Shown: positions 1 through 13,918, counted from the first letter of the stretch. The stretch is DNA of 64,000 bases from Octopus bimaculoides (GCF_001194135.2 NC_068996.1:50591420-50655419), one strand, 5' to 3'. The notes: generated from the sequence alone by a model not told the origin. Numbers and translations are program-made.

Positions 1-504
1 CTCATTAAAAACAAGTAGAAAAAAACCTTTAATGTTATCAACATAATCGTAATGTACACTTTCGAAGTGTATTATCGTGTAATTTCATTAAAAATTATGC
101 ATTTTCCAGAAGGCTATTAGGAAACAGCACGGGTGAGGAAACCAAGATATGGTTATATTACTGTAAATTTGTGATTATTTAATTATTTTCACTGTTATAT
201 TACGACACTAAAGATAATTGAAATAATTTAAAACACCTGTTTTACTTTTCTGTAGCTTAATTAGACTGTATAGATGTTGAGAGTTCAAGTAACTAGGGTA
301 AGGGCAATGTTCGAATTAATCCCAACTCTTTTCTGTTATTGAAGTTTTGGTGTGTTGGCAATAAAATAAGTATGAAAAGCTGTTAAGCTATATATAACCT
401 TGACCTCTATGTAAACTTGAAGGGCGGAAATAGGAGACGGACGAAGTGGCGGTACCCTACAAGGTGTTGCTTAGTCTCTGTGTGTGTGTGTGTGNNNNNN
501 NNNN

Positions 505-539
<35 letters not shown>

Positions 540-1440
540 GTTACTGCATATTGAAGAGTGTATTTTCGACTGATTTTCATTAATAATAAAAGTATGACTT
601 AGTTTTTTATGTTGTAAGGTACATGGCCGATCGCTCCTATCCCTTAGAGGATTATCACTGTATCAATGGATTAAACAAAATAGAAAAAGACGGTATTTAA
701 CGATCAAATTAGCGTCAACAATCTAATATTCACTCAAGGGGTTGTTATATTTCAAAAATATTGTTACTCTGAGATTTGAAGAAAGAAAAGATTTCGTAAT
801 TATTGTCCTTGGATAAGATTTTGTAATTTATGTGAATTGAAAGACAGGCGGTATGGGAATGTGGGTAAGAATAGAGTTAGCAATAACTTTTATTTAATTT
901 GGAAATTTGGGGGAGATGCAAAAATTCGATCTTAGCCCAAATAACTGTAGTTTAGGCCAGGTGATTTAAGGCTATTCACTTTATTTATTCATTTATTTTG
1001 TATGTATTTTTGTAAGCGTCATTAGTTACAGGCTTACATCGGACCAATCGTTGCTTTACGACAATATCTGATGGTGTGGTGTAACAGGGGTGTATGTATG
1101 CAGCTCGGGTGGAACAAATAGCGGAAGGTACCAATCACTGTTTTTATTGGATTTCTCGCTCGTTGAAAGATTAATAACATCTTCAATGATTTTTGCAAAC
1201 ATGCAACGAAGTTGTAGTGATATATAACAGCTAACGCAATTAAAGAAGCCCATCGTTTGAGTGTGTGCGTGTGTTTGCTCGTGCGCGCGCATAGTGTATA
1301 TATGTTGCACCTCACCACCAACCGGTGTTGATTTGTTTACATCCCCGTAACGTAGCTATTCGGCGAAAATACGTAATAGATAAAACGAAAGATAGCCGAT
1401 TAAGTACCAGATTTTAAAATAGAAGTGTTGGAATCAATTT

Positions 1441-1525
1441 GGCGGAGGTAAAGAGTACGCACACCACCCGTTTTCGGCGAAACCCTAACCCTAAACACCG
1501 GGTGTGCGTATTCTTTACCTTCGCC
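1441..1525. mobile_element. 85-bp palindromic mini-MITE with GG..CC termini and CCCTAACCCTAA in the loop, inserted into a SINE
   Basis: TIRs ggcggaggtaaagagtacgcacac / gtgtgcgtattctttaccttcgcc; 8-bp TSD atcaattt / atcaatct. Confidence 0.7.
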
Positions 1526-1609
1526 ATCAATCTATTCGGCTAAAACCATTGAGGGCGACGTCTCAGCATCGCCGCAGCCTAATTACTGAAACATGAGAGA
1601 TGAGTGTGT

Positions 1610-1950
1610 CTGTGTGCGTGTGCTTGCTTCCCATCCACATGGTTTCTCGGCTTCAGTCCCACTGCATGGCACCTCTAGCAAACGTCATGTATATTCTCAG
1701 GCCGACCAAATCCATGAGTGAATTTGGTAGACGGAAACTGAAAGAATATTTTCGCAATCGTGTGTGTGTTTGTGTATTTGCTAGTCCTCCACCACCGCTT
1801 GACAACCGATATTGGTTTGTTTACACCCCTGTAGCAGCGGTTCGGCCAAGAGAAACCGAGAATAAGTATCGGGCTTTAAAATATTGTGAAAACCTACTAG
1901 TCGGTGCCCCAGCACGGTTACAGTCCAATGACTAAAAGAAGTCAAAGATG
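1610..1950 (+). mobile_element. tRNA-derived CORE-type SINE (octopus OR-like), degenerate copy
   Basis: Shares gccgaccaaa...gaatttggtagacggaaactgaaagaa and the 3' agtc.aatgact.aaa.aag segments with the full copy at 34978. Confidence 0.65.
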
Positions 1951-1990
1951 AGATACATGTTATGTTATTTCAAATTTTTTTCATTGTATT

Positions 1991-2800
1991 GGGGCGAGAC
2001 AGAATGAGTAAGAGTTACTGCATTTTTGATTTCTTACTAAATTCTCTACTGTACAAAAACTATACCAACTAAGAAAAAGACCTTCCCTATATGCATTAAA
2101 AACACCATAACATATTCAGAACCCTATTTCAGAAAATCACGGTTCTCTATGAGAATTAAAAGACAAATTTAGCTGGGGCAAAATGAGTAAGATAAGATAA
2201 GGTTAATTTGCCACTTGAGTTCTCCAGAATTACATTTGAATAAGGACCCACACATCAATATCCATCCTTAGACAGAAAGATGAGAAATGCAACGAAAATT
2301 TAAAATATCTAGGTCAAATGAAAGGTCATGGAAAAATGGCACATGATATGAAATTAACTAAACTCGACTAAATCTAAAGATCTACATGAGTGGATCTCTT
2401 CTGATTATTTACGCACAATGCATTTAAAAAGAAAAAATTGAAATCAGTCATTACTCATTTTGCCCCAGTTTAGACTAATTTCCTTTTTTAAATATTGAAA
2501 ATTATCAAATTAGACGTTAGTGTGGGGAGAAAAAAAGAAGAATATTGATTGTTAAACACCCAAAATTTTCCAGATATTTTATTAGCAACCTCAGTTACAA
2601 TCGGGTAAAAGTTGAGGAACAATTTCTTGAAAAAAAAGTACCTGTTGTCTGACAATATTTCAAACTCAGTTTCAGCTATACTGACCAATTTTTACTCCGA
2701 AAAACGATGTTAGTGTACAAAACGATGATGCAATACTCGCAATGTATAGCTTCAAGCAAATAAGGAAAAACGAAAAATCAGAAATTACTCATTTTGCTCC
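1991..2800. repeat. Element with nested inverted GGGGCAAAATGAGTAA motifs (probable non-autonomous DNA transposon)
   Basis: ctggggcaaaatgagtaa (2173-2190) pairs perfectly with ttactcattttgccccag (2451-2468); related motifs at 1991-2011 and 2785-2800. Confidence 0.45.
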
Positions 2801-2986
2801 ATCCTCTTTTACAAATCGTGTATTGACAGTTAAGTGGCTTCAACGTGTCACTTTCTAATCAGTAAACACGGAGATAGGGGAATCAATAATGAGATATTCA
2901 CACGTACAATATCTAGTCATTCGGACATACCATCGTCAGATGGCTGCTTAGACTGGGCAAGAAAGTTTGTATTCAATCGTCTAGTG

Positions 2987-3141
2987 CAGTGGTTCCCAAT
3001 CTGTGGCCCGCAAAGGTAGTACTGAGGGTCTGTGAACTAAATTCAAAGTTTCACATAAGGATTAGCATATTAAAAGGGGTCCGTGAGAAAACTCATTTCA
3101 ATAAAAGGGGTCATTGGTAGTGAAAAGGTTCGGAACAACTG
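2987..3141. mobile_element. hAT (Charlie-like) MITE
   Basis: TIRs CAGTGGTTCCCAA / TTCGGAACAACTG; 8-bp TSD gtctagtg / gtcttgtg resembling the NTCTAGAN Charlie target. Confidence 0.75.
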
Positions 3142-3223
3142 GTCTTGTGCACAGAAAGACTTTTCTTTCCATCACCTTCGATATTTCAGACATTTTAATG
3201 CTTTCAAAGGAGGAGGATCGGAG

Positions 3224-3302
3224 GGCGAAGGTTAAGAATACACACACACACACCACCCGTTTTCGCCGAAAACGGGTGGTGTGCGTATTCTTTATCTCCG
3301 CT
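3224..3302. mobile_element. Second copy of the same palindromic mini-MITE family
   Basis: ggcgaaggttaagaata...tattctttatctccgct with perfect core caccacccgttttcg-c-cgaaaacgggtggtg; 8-bp TSD gatcggag / ggtcggag. Confidence 0.7.
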
Positions 3303-4087
3303 GGTCGGAGTGCAACTCATTTCATTACTTTCGAGACTAGTTGTACGAGTATCTTCAGATGGGAACCTGACCCGAATACTTGCAACAAAGTGGGACTTTT
3401 CTAAAGGTATCCAAGGACGAAGTCGTGGTATTATATGGGTTGATGGGTTAAGTGTGATTTTGATATAGCTTGGCTGCTATTTCTGTTAAGTCGATCGAAC
3501 GCGAGGTGGCTCTGCAATTGTAAATCAACGTGTCAATGTTTCTCATCGGTAGGTGATATGGGTTACTAGTTATGAAAAGCGGATTCTCACGTATAAGTCA
3601 GTTACCTCGCGCCCTAGAAGGAAAGTAAAATAGCAACCTTCGCCCATGCTCTTGCATAATAACATTGTATAAATAGACTGATTTGAGAACATAGTCTTCA
3701 TATTTTTAAGGGAGATAACTTGGACATAGAACTAAATGTAATTGTTTGATCTGCTAGAAATAACAGCCAAATCTCATTCAACAGCTTTAAGAAGCCTACC
3801 AACACCATAGATAATATCCTCTATATCCATAGTCATATCCTCTCTCCCTCATAAAAATCTGCAAGGCCATGGCTGGAATGCTCTACATATATAAGCCCTC
3901 TTGCGCTTAGCTGATTTGGAATTAACAAACTATCGCGGTCTACATCAGCAGTTTTCAACTGAGGTCCACATAAGTTTTTGTTAAACTTTATGTATAAAAG
4001 TTATATTCAGCAAACGGATAGGTGTCCTTCGTCAAATATAATTTTTAGCTTTTACTTCAGTCAATTGAATTGTTTCTCTATTATATG

Positions 4088-4258
4088 CTTTAACCAAGGC
4101 GGCGAAATGCTTAGCAGTATTTCGTTTGTTTTTACGTTCGACTTTACCTTTCATCCTTTCGGAGTCGATAAATTAAATACCAGTTGCGTACTGGGGTCGA
4201 TCTAATCGACTGGCCCCCTCCCCCAAAATTTTAGGCCTTGTGCCTAGAGTAGGAAAGG
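4088..4258 (+). mobile_element. tRNA-derived SINE with Meta-like central domain (5'-truncated)
   Basis: tttcatcctttcggagtcgataaattaaataccag domain; related copies at ~24010, 36120, 36340, 38140, 39215, 39634 and 61262. Confidence 0.65.
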
Positions 4259-4266
4259 TTATATAT

Positions 4267-4497
4267 TTAAACCATTTTGTTACCATATTTCTGTTGAGAT
4301 GCTCTGTGTTTCTTTCAATTAATTTTAAATATAACAAAGAATTTAGTAAAATAACTTAGTTATCATTAAGCTAGTGTTAGGAACATAAATTGTGACTAAG
4401 GTTTAGTAGTAAGTTTTAATTCAGAACTTATGAAAACAAGACAATTGTACTACAGAGCCAGAAGCAGTTTCAGCTGGGTTGTTATCAAAAGGGTTAA
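4267..4497. mobile_element. piggyBac-like MITE family B
   Basis: TTAA...aaaagggTTAA ends; reverse-complement copy at 34709-34934. Confidence 0.55.
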
Positions 4498-6744
4498 GAA
4501 TTGCTTCTCTATTATATATTTTAAGTGGTTTTTGTGATGAATTGGAGAATACTGGTTCTTATCAAAGTCAAGTGCCCAATTTTCTCTTCCAACTTTTTTT
4601 TTAATCATTTTGGGCTGTTTCCAGCTGATTTATCCAGTTTTCTTTCCTACCAAACGTGTGTGTGGGTGGGGTGGGAGAGTATATTGAGTAACCAGAATTA
4701 GAATGTTCAGTATTCCATCTTCTCCCCCCTTCCCCTCTTTCTTTGGCATTAAAGGAGGAGTTTAAAGGATATTTGGCAGTTTTTTGCTAGCAGATTGGTT
4801 GATTATATAGATTCTCTCTAGGATCATGATTCCAAATATGTAGATTAAAAGTAGCACTTAGCAGATCCATTAACAATACCAAAGAATGTTAGATAGAATC
4901 GACCTAGTTGCTTGAACTTTTCATCACTCGACTTTCTGCTGGATTAGTTTATTATCTTCAGATTTTTTCTAAAGGATCATTAATTTTCTGTTAAAATAAA
5001 GTATGTTTTATTTATTTTTAAAAAATTTTGAAAAAAAAGCCTGCTCATATCTGTCTTCATTTAAATATGTTGGTGCCATGTAAAAATCACTCTGTACACT
5101 CTCTGAAGTGATTGGTGTTAGAAAATGGACATTCAGCCTGGCAAAGCAGACTATTGGAGCCAGGTGTAGCTCTCTGGCTCGCCAGCTCCTGTTGAACCAT
5201 CCAACCCATGCTAGCATGAACAAGCAGACTTTGAATGATGACAATGATGATGATTAGTAAAAAATGCTTTTAAGTATCCAATATGCTATGCACAAATACT
5301 TCTTTGATATTCACCTATGTCTCTAGGTGACATAGTAATTAGTAAAGAAAGCATATCATCATCATCATTTTAATGTCCACCTTCCATGCTAGCATGGGTG
5401 GGACAACCAGACTTCTGTGACTGTTTTGGCAGGATCTTTACAGCAGGATGCCCTTCCGACACCAATCACTCAGCAGAGTGGACTGGATGCTTTTTTCAGT
5501 GGCACCTGCAGTGACAGGGTCACCAGGTACATGCAAGACAAAAAGGAAGCATTGGAGGAGGTGATGATGAAAAGGTTATAGTGAGACAGATACAGGTGTC
5601 TTGTTGTAGAGGAAGTACAAGGTTACCTAGAGAAAGATAGGAATGAAGACAGAAACAGGTGTGCTACTGCAAAGGTACTACACAGTTACCCAACCTGAGG
5701 GAAATGCAGGAGAAGGAGAGAGAGAGTGGGAGACAGCAGGATAGAGATGGTGGCAAAATGCCGGGCATACTCACAAGGGGATCAGAGTATAAATGAGATG
5801 GTTGAGTAATGATGATATAAATACTGTTAAGAACATTTAAAAATACCATATTGTAAAACATAAATAACCAGAAATATATTAGTTCTCTATTCATATCATA
5901 CCTTACTGTCTTGTGAAAAGCAAGGGCACATACACTGGATAATATGATTTGTGAGATACTTCTAAATTGATAGTATAGCCTTGATTATAGGCCTGCTGTG
6001 TCGGGGCTCACTTGGAGTTAACAATTACTGGCATATAAAAAGCTGGGCAATAATAGTAGTAAAGAAGAGGAAATCAACATGTCCAAACTAGTGCACTGCA
6101 TAATAAATCATAAGATTTGGATGTTCAGTATCCCTTTCAGCTTTGGGGAACAATGTATCAGTGAACTACATCTAGAAGATCGAATCTGAAGTAACTACAT
6201 CTAGTTTTTCAACCTACAACTGATGTGTGATAATACAGGCTTACATATATAAGAGCAAACTTGATGGTAGTATAAACACAATGCTCGAATGTCACTGTAC
6301 TCCAGTATGTTGTACACCAGAAAGCATTGTGTGTTTGGTTCTCAGCTAAGCTCACTCAAGGTTGATTGGTCCTATACCATAGCAACCAAATTGTCTTGGG
6401 TACTGAAAATTTCAAAATAGAAGGTGCATTTTTTATGTGAAGGCCATTTATTGCTTCAGTATTTTGAAGGTGATGGAAATTTATTGTATGTTCCACCTAC
6501 ATAATATTTCTATGTATTGATTTTCAATATGTACCTATAAACTGTATTAGTCTGACTTGTATTTCTTTTGATCAATGTGTATACTTTTCGCAAGTTTTTT
6601 TTTAACCTATAGGTGAATTGAATCTACTAAAAATTACAATAGTTTGTTTGCAAAATTCTTGATGTGAACTTGTGCTGAAATGGATTTTGTTGTATCTCAC
6701 TAGGGTCATTATGCCAGTAATAAACACATGCATCAGTTACATAT

Positions 6745-8450
6745 ACCACAAGGCATTGTTTCATTTATGGTGTCCATCTTGCCAATTTTTCTAGCTGATT
6801 GTTCAGCAGTTTCCAGAGAGAATTTTTATTTATTACCTCCACTTCTGTGAAGGTGGAACTGAAAAAGTCAATGTGGGTTTGATTGAAGAGCAAAATGTCT
6901 GTCTTCAGTCCTTTCAACCTCATCCACCACACTACCTCTTTTGCTTTGGCCACCAGACAGAGGAAAACTGTCTTCCCTTTCCAGTTAAAAGAAGGCGGTG
7001 GGGTGATCATCATGATGGATTTGGCTGATAACTGGATCTGTCCTACACACGTCAACAGCTGTTCAATAAAACGCCATAAATTAGCAATGCTTGGACACTG
7101 GACAAGTGCTTACAGAACAGTTTCATTGACCTGTGTACCACATCTCAGACAGATCCATCTGACTGCAGTTACATACCTGTAGAGCTTGTCTCAAACTGGC
7201 AGAGTTCCCCGGTAACATTGCCAGGCCAGGGATTTCTGAAAATTATCTATAGACCTTGTTTCAAATGTTCTCTGGAAAAGACTAGTAAATTGATCCCTCC
7301 CTGTGTCCAGAGTTTTCCCCAAGGATTTCATCACTCTTGTCTGTCACTAATCCACTATAGAACTCCAATATGGATCTTCCACTGACTGTATTGTCTAACT
7401 GGCAGAGAGCTGTGAGCGCTTGCCAACACCCCAGATGCCAAGCACACCTTCTCAGTCTACACTTGATCCAGGAGTGTAATTTTGTCAATGAGATGAGCTG
7501 CTGAAAATCCTGTCTGACAAACAGTGACCTCACCTGCTCACCACCAAGGAAGCACTGAAGATGTCGCAGCCTCAGTGCATGTCTGTGCATCATTAATCAT
7601 GAAAGCTCAGTCACCCACTCAGTGGCTGCTAACAGCAGATGGATTGGCTGATGAGCAGAACACATCGCTTTCCACAGAAAGTGAATGAGCAAGCACTTCA
7701 GTTTGATCAGCCATGAAGCAGGGTGGGGGATGGTGGTCAGGCAGTAGTAGATGACTGAAGCAATGTATGCATTCACCACCTCTGTCCATTTCTGGTTGAG
7801 ACAGGCCATCCTTCCCATCACCCCACCTCCTCAGTTCTTGTCCACCTGGAGGACTGGATTGAACCAGACCCTGAACAACTTAACCCTTTTATCATCTAGT
7901 GCACTATAGTGCTGTTGGACAACATGGACCTGTCTCTCCAGGTGCCGAATTGCGGGCCCACCAACTTCTGGTTAATCTTTGTCTCTGTTTTGTACTCCCT
8001 TAAGTTAGTGCCGATCACCTTGATTTCCAAGATGTCCAACACTATTATGGTGATGTTGTCCACATAAGCCTACACAAACCTGCTGTATCCTAGTTCATGT
8101 GAGATGCCTCTTGAAACATTCAACTTCTGTAGCAATGACTCCATAGCCAGCTCATACAGCAGGGGTGAGAGTGAGCATCCTTGATGGAGTTAGCATGTGA
8201 TACTAAAGGATTTCAATAGGTGGCCATTTATTTTGACCCTTATATGGATGTCACTGTACATCGCAGTGATCCAGCATCTGAAAATGGGACTGAAACTGGC
8301 TGCTGCAAGGATAGCCTTTAAGTATTGGTGGTTGACCCTATCAAAAGCTTGATCAGGGCCCGCCCATGCCAGGTTTCTTACTAACCCTCTCAATAAATGT
8401 AATGCATGAGGTGTAAGTTGTGGATAGACCTGTTTGGGATGGCGCATATC
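6745..8450 (-). mobile_element. Degenerate Tx1/L1-clade LINE, reverse transcriptase and C-terminal region
   Basis: Minus-strand DQAFDRVNHQYL..W...Y....V.ING, QGCSLSPLLYELAME and AYVDNITI motifs, with frameshifts and stops. Confidence 0.8.
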
Positions 8451-10609
8451 TGTTTGTCACTGACCCAGTAATCTTGATCTGTGGTGCACAACTTTATTTT
8501 CTTGAGAGTTGATATGTAAAGTAAGATGAAGTTAACTAATGTAAGAATTCAAAGATTTCTCATGTATGAGATTTTTGTTACAACTACTGAACTGTAGAAA
8601 TGCTACTGATGCAGCAGAAATACTTATTTGGCAATGCCACCACTGCTGCTGATAAATTTCTGTGTTTTTTAACACTATATGTCTAGAAAATATGAATACT
8701 GTAAGCTTTCAGCGATCTGTCTACTTTAAGTATTATACTCAGATTACTATTTTGAATACTGCTTTTGTCATTCATAATAAATGTAATAATGTTCTTGTTA
8801 ATGTATATTTGTTTATCTTTTTTAATTTTTCCTTATATTATTTTCTATGATGACCTGTTTTATTTGAATCTATTCTGTAAATCATTTTTCTATTATACTT
8901 TTTTTGTGAATGAGTAATGGGTGTTGAGTGGAGAGAAAATCATGTCTGCATGTATGTGTGTTTGTGTGTGTATGTATAGTGTGTGTGTCTAGGAAATTAC
9001 TATTCCTTTTCTTGAGCACTTCATCTTACTTCCACAATAATGCTTCTTTTCCAGAGAATTGGGTTAATAATATACAATGTCTCAATTATCCTGTTGAATC
9101 TCATAGAAGCTGCATTACATGTCTGTTTTATTGCCTTTGTTGCTTTTATAGCTTAAGATGTAATGTTTTTGTCTTGAAGTCCTTCAGTGTAGAGTATCTG
9201 TTTCATGAAAGTTTATTGATGCTCTTTGTCACATTACCGATCTGACCTTGGCTTGTTTGTCATTGTACAGTTTATTGCTGGACTTTCAGGAAACCTCTTT
9301 CAATCAAATTTTAACAGAAATATTGGCTTTGCTTTTATGCTACCAATAAATTCCATATATACACTGTCATTTTGTATTCATGGCAAACTAGTAGAATCAT
9401 TAGCACACTGGATAAAATGCTTGGTGGTATTTCTTCCGGCCCTTTACATTCTGAGTTCAAATCTTGCTGAAGCTGACTTTGCCTTTCATTCCTTTGGAGG
9501 TCAGTAAAATAAAGTACTAGTCAAGTACTAAGGATTGATGGTATCAATGTGTCCCCTCCCACTAAAACTGGTGGCCTTGAACCCTGCAACAGACCATATC
9601 CCTTTCAGGGGGCTGTCTTGTTCTTTGGTTGCTTATATGCTGTGGAAACTGGATAGGTAGTTTTATGGGTCTCAGGGTTCAAGAAAAAATATAAATATGG
9701 TCTCATGGGGACAAAGTCGCTGAGTTCCTTTTGAGCATTGGGCCTCACGGAGGCAATAACTGAGACCTTTTGTATTATGTTGTGCTTGAGAAGACCCATC
9801 AAGCCAAGAAAAATCGCAGTCATAGCAGATACCAGTGTCACACAAATGGCACTCATTTGTGTGACACTGGAGTGGTTGGCATTAGGAAGGGCATCCAGCT
9901 GTAGAAAACCTTGCCAAATCAGACTGGAGTCTGGTGCAGCCTCCCAGCTTACCAGCCCTGGTCAAACCGCCCAACCCATGCCAGCATGAACAACAGATGT
10001 TAAATGACGATGATGATGTATTCTGATTAAGTTAGGCAAATGGATGGTAATTCACCTGCTGCTGAGACTGCTGTACTTTTTAGCACTGTACGTCTGTGTG
10101 AGATGCTTTCTCAAGACGAATACTACAGTATTATAGTGTTCATCCATTAAAGATATCCAAATCACCATTCATAAAAGTTTTTATTTGTTTTTTAAACATA
10201 TTTTCTAGTAATATTTTAAAAGTTGGTCCAAGAAAGATATGTATTGTTCAAGACTTTTACAATCCCCACCCCAAATTTATGTAGCCAGTGTTCACTTTGA
10301 CCATCATTATCATTTAACATCTGTTGCCCATGCTAGCATGGGCTGGGTAGTTTGACCCCGGGCGGGTAAGCCGAGGGGCTGTACCAGACTCCAGTCTGAT
10401 TTGGCGTGGTTTTTGAAGTCGGATGCCCTTCCTAACACCATGTAAATGGGAAATGTAAGTGGGGAAAGAAGCCAGGGTTCTGTGTCAGATGCTTGCAGTA
10501 TAGTGATCTAAAGTCAATCAAAGAACAGGTGGTAGTGATGGTGGTAGTGGTGGTGTTATGAATTCAGAAGTGTGTCAGACCTGTTATCCAATTGTTAATA
10601 CATTGCTTC

Positions 10610-10805
10610 TTAACCCTTTGGCATTCAGATTACTCTGGCAAATGTAATGCTTATTTATTCAAATTGATTTGAATTAATCGTGCATTATCTTGCAGCTTCA
10701 AGATTTCAATGACATTGTAAGATAGCTGTGAGAGACTGGATTTAGCCAGTTTGAACATAAAACAAGCAGAATATTTTGGACCGGATGTGGCTGGTTTAAA
10801 TGCTT
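10610..10805. mobile_element. piggyBac-like MITE family A copy
   Basis: TTAAccctttggcattcagat start; homologous to the 19516 and 19886 copies. Confidence 0.65.
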
Positions 10806-13800
10806 GATGTATTGGACTTGGTTTTCAGCCTGTCTATAACCAAATTCCCTTCTTTATTGTTTGGTTCTTTTGTATGATTTTGCTATGGAATAGTGATATT
10901 CTAATTTTTAGAAAATGTTTTGTTTTGTTGTTGGTGTCATTTGAAAAATCGATGCTTGAGTCACAGAAAACTAAATCATCATCATCATCCATCAAATGTC
11001 TGTTTAACCATGCTGGCACGGGTTGAACAGTTTGACAGGAACTGACCAGCTGAAGAACTGTTTAGGTCCTATATCTGTTTTGGCATGGTTTCTATTGCTG
11101 GATGCCCTTCCTAATGCCAACCACTTTACAGAGTGTACGGGGTGCACCAGCATTGGTGCTTTTTATGTGACACCAGCACTTATAAGCCCGTAAGGTTAGG
11201 GATGCTCAGCTGGAGAGGGTTGCAAGGGCAACCACACTTACTTAGCTTGATGTGTCTTTCCAAGTACAGCAAACCACCAGGAGTCTTAATCCCCTGTCAT
11301 CCCCTTTATGGATCCCTACATCTGTAGGTCCTTTCTCACCACTTCATCCTCATTTTCTTATTTTAATCCACAAGTCTTTTTTTTTTTTGTTCATAGATAT
11401 CGAACCTTTTTCTGTGAAAATTAATCTGCTAATCAGGTTATATTTAGCTTATAACTTTGCTCCACATTCTCTCTTCTGTCTTTTGTATTTCTCTTTATTA
11501 GGGCATTCCTCTGCATGTTTTGCTGCTGAGATGAGCTTTAGTGTTATACAATTCTGACATTTGCAAATATACAGCTGAATTTACCGGTGGCTTGTGAAAA
11601 TATTTTCCATTGTTGAATTGTAGATTTAAAGCATCTGTTTGGCTAACAGCCAACAGTCCTCTTTTACTACAGTTAGAAATGCTTTTATACCCCTCATTAA
11701 TTACCTATTACACATCAGTGATAAAGCCAAGCAATCTTGCTCTGATAGTCACTCATTAATAAGTAACTAAATATGAAATGCTTTCAATGCTTAGAACGTT
11801 GCATAGTACTGATAACTTCTATTATTCTTGATGATGCATGGGAAAAACCATTAACATGGTGGAATGTTTGAACTGGTGGTATATGTTTTATTGAGGAAAA
11901 GCATAATTCACAGATGTCAAAACACTTTTAATTTTTCAAATATCTTAATATTTGACTGAGATATGCCATTTTTCTTGGATAAGCACACATGAACCAGAAA
12001 ATAAGTCTTTTTGAGAAAACAATTTTAAAGTTGAGACATATCTGAGAACTGAAATGTTTTCATAACTTTAGCTTTTTGTAATTCATAAAATGTGTAGGAC
12101 TCCTGGTATTCGAGCTGCAGTCATTTGTCACAACTTGTATGGAAAAACATCCAGTTTTGACTTTGGCTTCCATCTTTTTCAATTGTTTTTCTAATGACAT
12201 CCAATGAGTTTTTCCATGTGCCAACACATTTCGGTAAACTAATCAACTGAAGAGGAAGATGTCTTGAAGAGGAAGCATAATAACCTGAGTAAGAATGGGG
12301 TAGAAAAAGCTGGAAATCCCTTCATTGCTGGCAATGAGGGGATTCTTTAGTCAAACAAAGAATAGACTCTACTCTTCTTGTGTATGATGGAAGACTGGGA
12401 CAGAATTAGTAAAAGCTGATCTTATGATATTGACCCTCACAGATGAGATAACAAAGAAACTGGTTTACAGCTGTGTTGGAAAGGAACCATGCCAGCAGGT
12501 AGATGTGATGATGATGGTCATCATCATGAAATCAGAAATACTTCCATATTTCTAGTTTCATAATAAGCTTGGCACTAATTAATGTTGCTTATTAATTAGT
12601 ATGACTTTGATATGAATGGTGATGTAGTAGTTTCAATTGTAGTAGAAGTAGTAGTTTATCACAGTAATAGTACAAAGATTAGCTAGTAGATTATTGATTT
12701 TATAAGGAATTGGTTCGTCCTTAATCATGTATGTAGAGAGGAATGACATTAACATACATGATGTGAGGCATTGCATAGATAACAATACATGCTGTAAGAA
12801 ATACGATATGCATAAATAAGTGATTACATATTCAAGTTGCTGTGAGAGATGGTGGAGCAAACACAGCTGGAAGAGATTAGAGTTTTAGGTAGAAATATTA
12901 ACCAGAAAATATTACTTGAAATACTGCAAACATGTAACTATTATTAACATGAATAAGTTTGGTTACTAATCATCACCATCACCACCATTTAGCATCCCTT
13001 TTTCCATGTTGGCATGGGTTGGACTGTTCAACATGAACCACTGAGCCAGAGGACAGTGCCAAGTTGTAACATCTGCTTTGGCATGGTTTTTACAATTGGA
13101 TGCTCTTCCTGATGCCAACTGTACTGGCTGCATTTTCTTGTAGTATCAGCTCTTGTGAGGTCACCAAGTAGCCACAAGAGATCCCTTTACTGAGTGGGGT
13201 ACAGTATTGATGGATAAGAAACAACAAGAAAAGGTGAATTGGTTGGTTAAAGAAAATAAACCATTCTACCCATGTTAGTGTGATTAAAAAAAACAGGTAA
13301 TATTATAAGAAAAATATATAATAATGAAAGTCAGAATGGTGATATGCTGTACTTGAGAAGACCCATCCATCTCAACAGAATTGAAGCTCTGTTGAGCCTT
13401 CTCCCACAGCTCATCTTCTAGCTAGAGAGAGAGAGAGAGATAAGAGATTGAGTATAAGGTGACTATGAGTGACAGAACAGGATGGAGATCACTGGAGTGG
13501 GAGTAGAGTGAAAGATTGTTAGAGACAGGAAATGAGTTGGACTAAGGGGATATCAGTTCGGTGGGGGTGGGGGGGAATTAAGGAAATAGGGTACCACGAG
13601 AGATTGATGGAAGAAGGGGTACTAGAAGATGAATTATGGAAGAAGGCTCGATGGAGCCTCAATTCTGTTGAGATGGATGGGTCTTCTCAAGTACAGTATA
13701 TCACCATTTTGATTTTCATTATTATATATTTTTCTTATAATATTACCTGTTTTTAATCATGCTAGCATGGGTAGAAGGGATTATTTTCTTCAACCAACCA

Positions 13801-13884
13801 ATCACCCTTCAAATTGGAGTTTTTTTTGTTTGTTTTTGCCATGCAATTTGGGGAAACAATGTTAAGCTGTCTGCAAAAGCACAG

Positions 13885-13918
<34 letters not shown>

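Noticed and set aside
256-297. Plus-strand exon-like segment (ctgtag...gtaagg)
   Set aside because: Stops in all three frames and no in-frame ATG for MDH1; unsupported.
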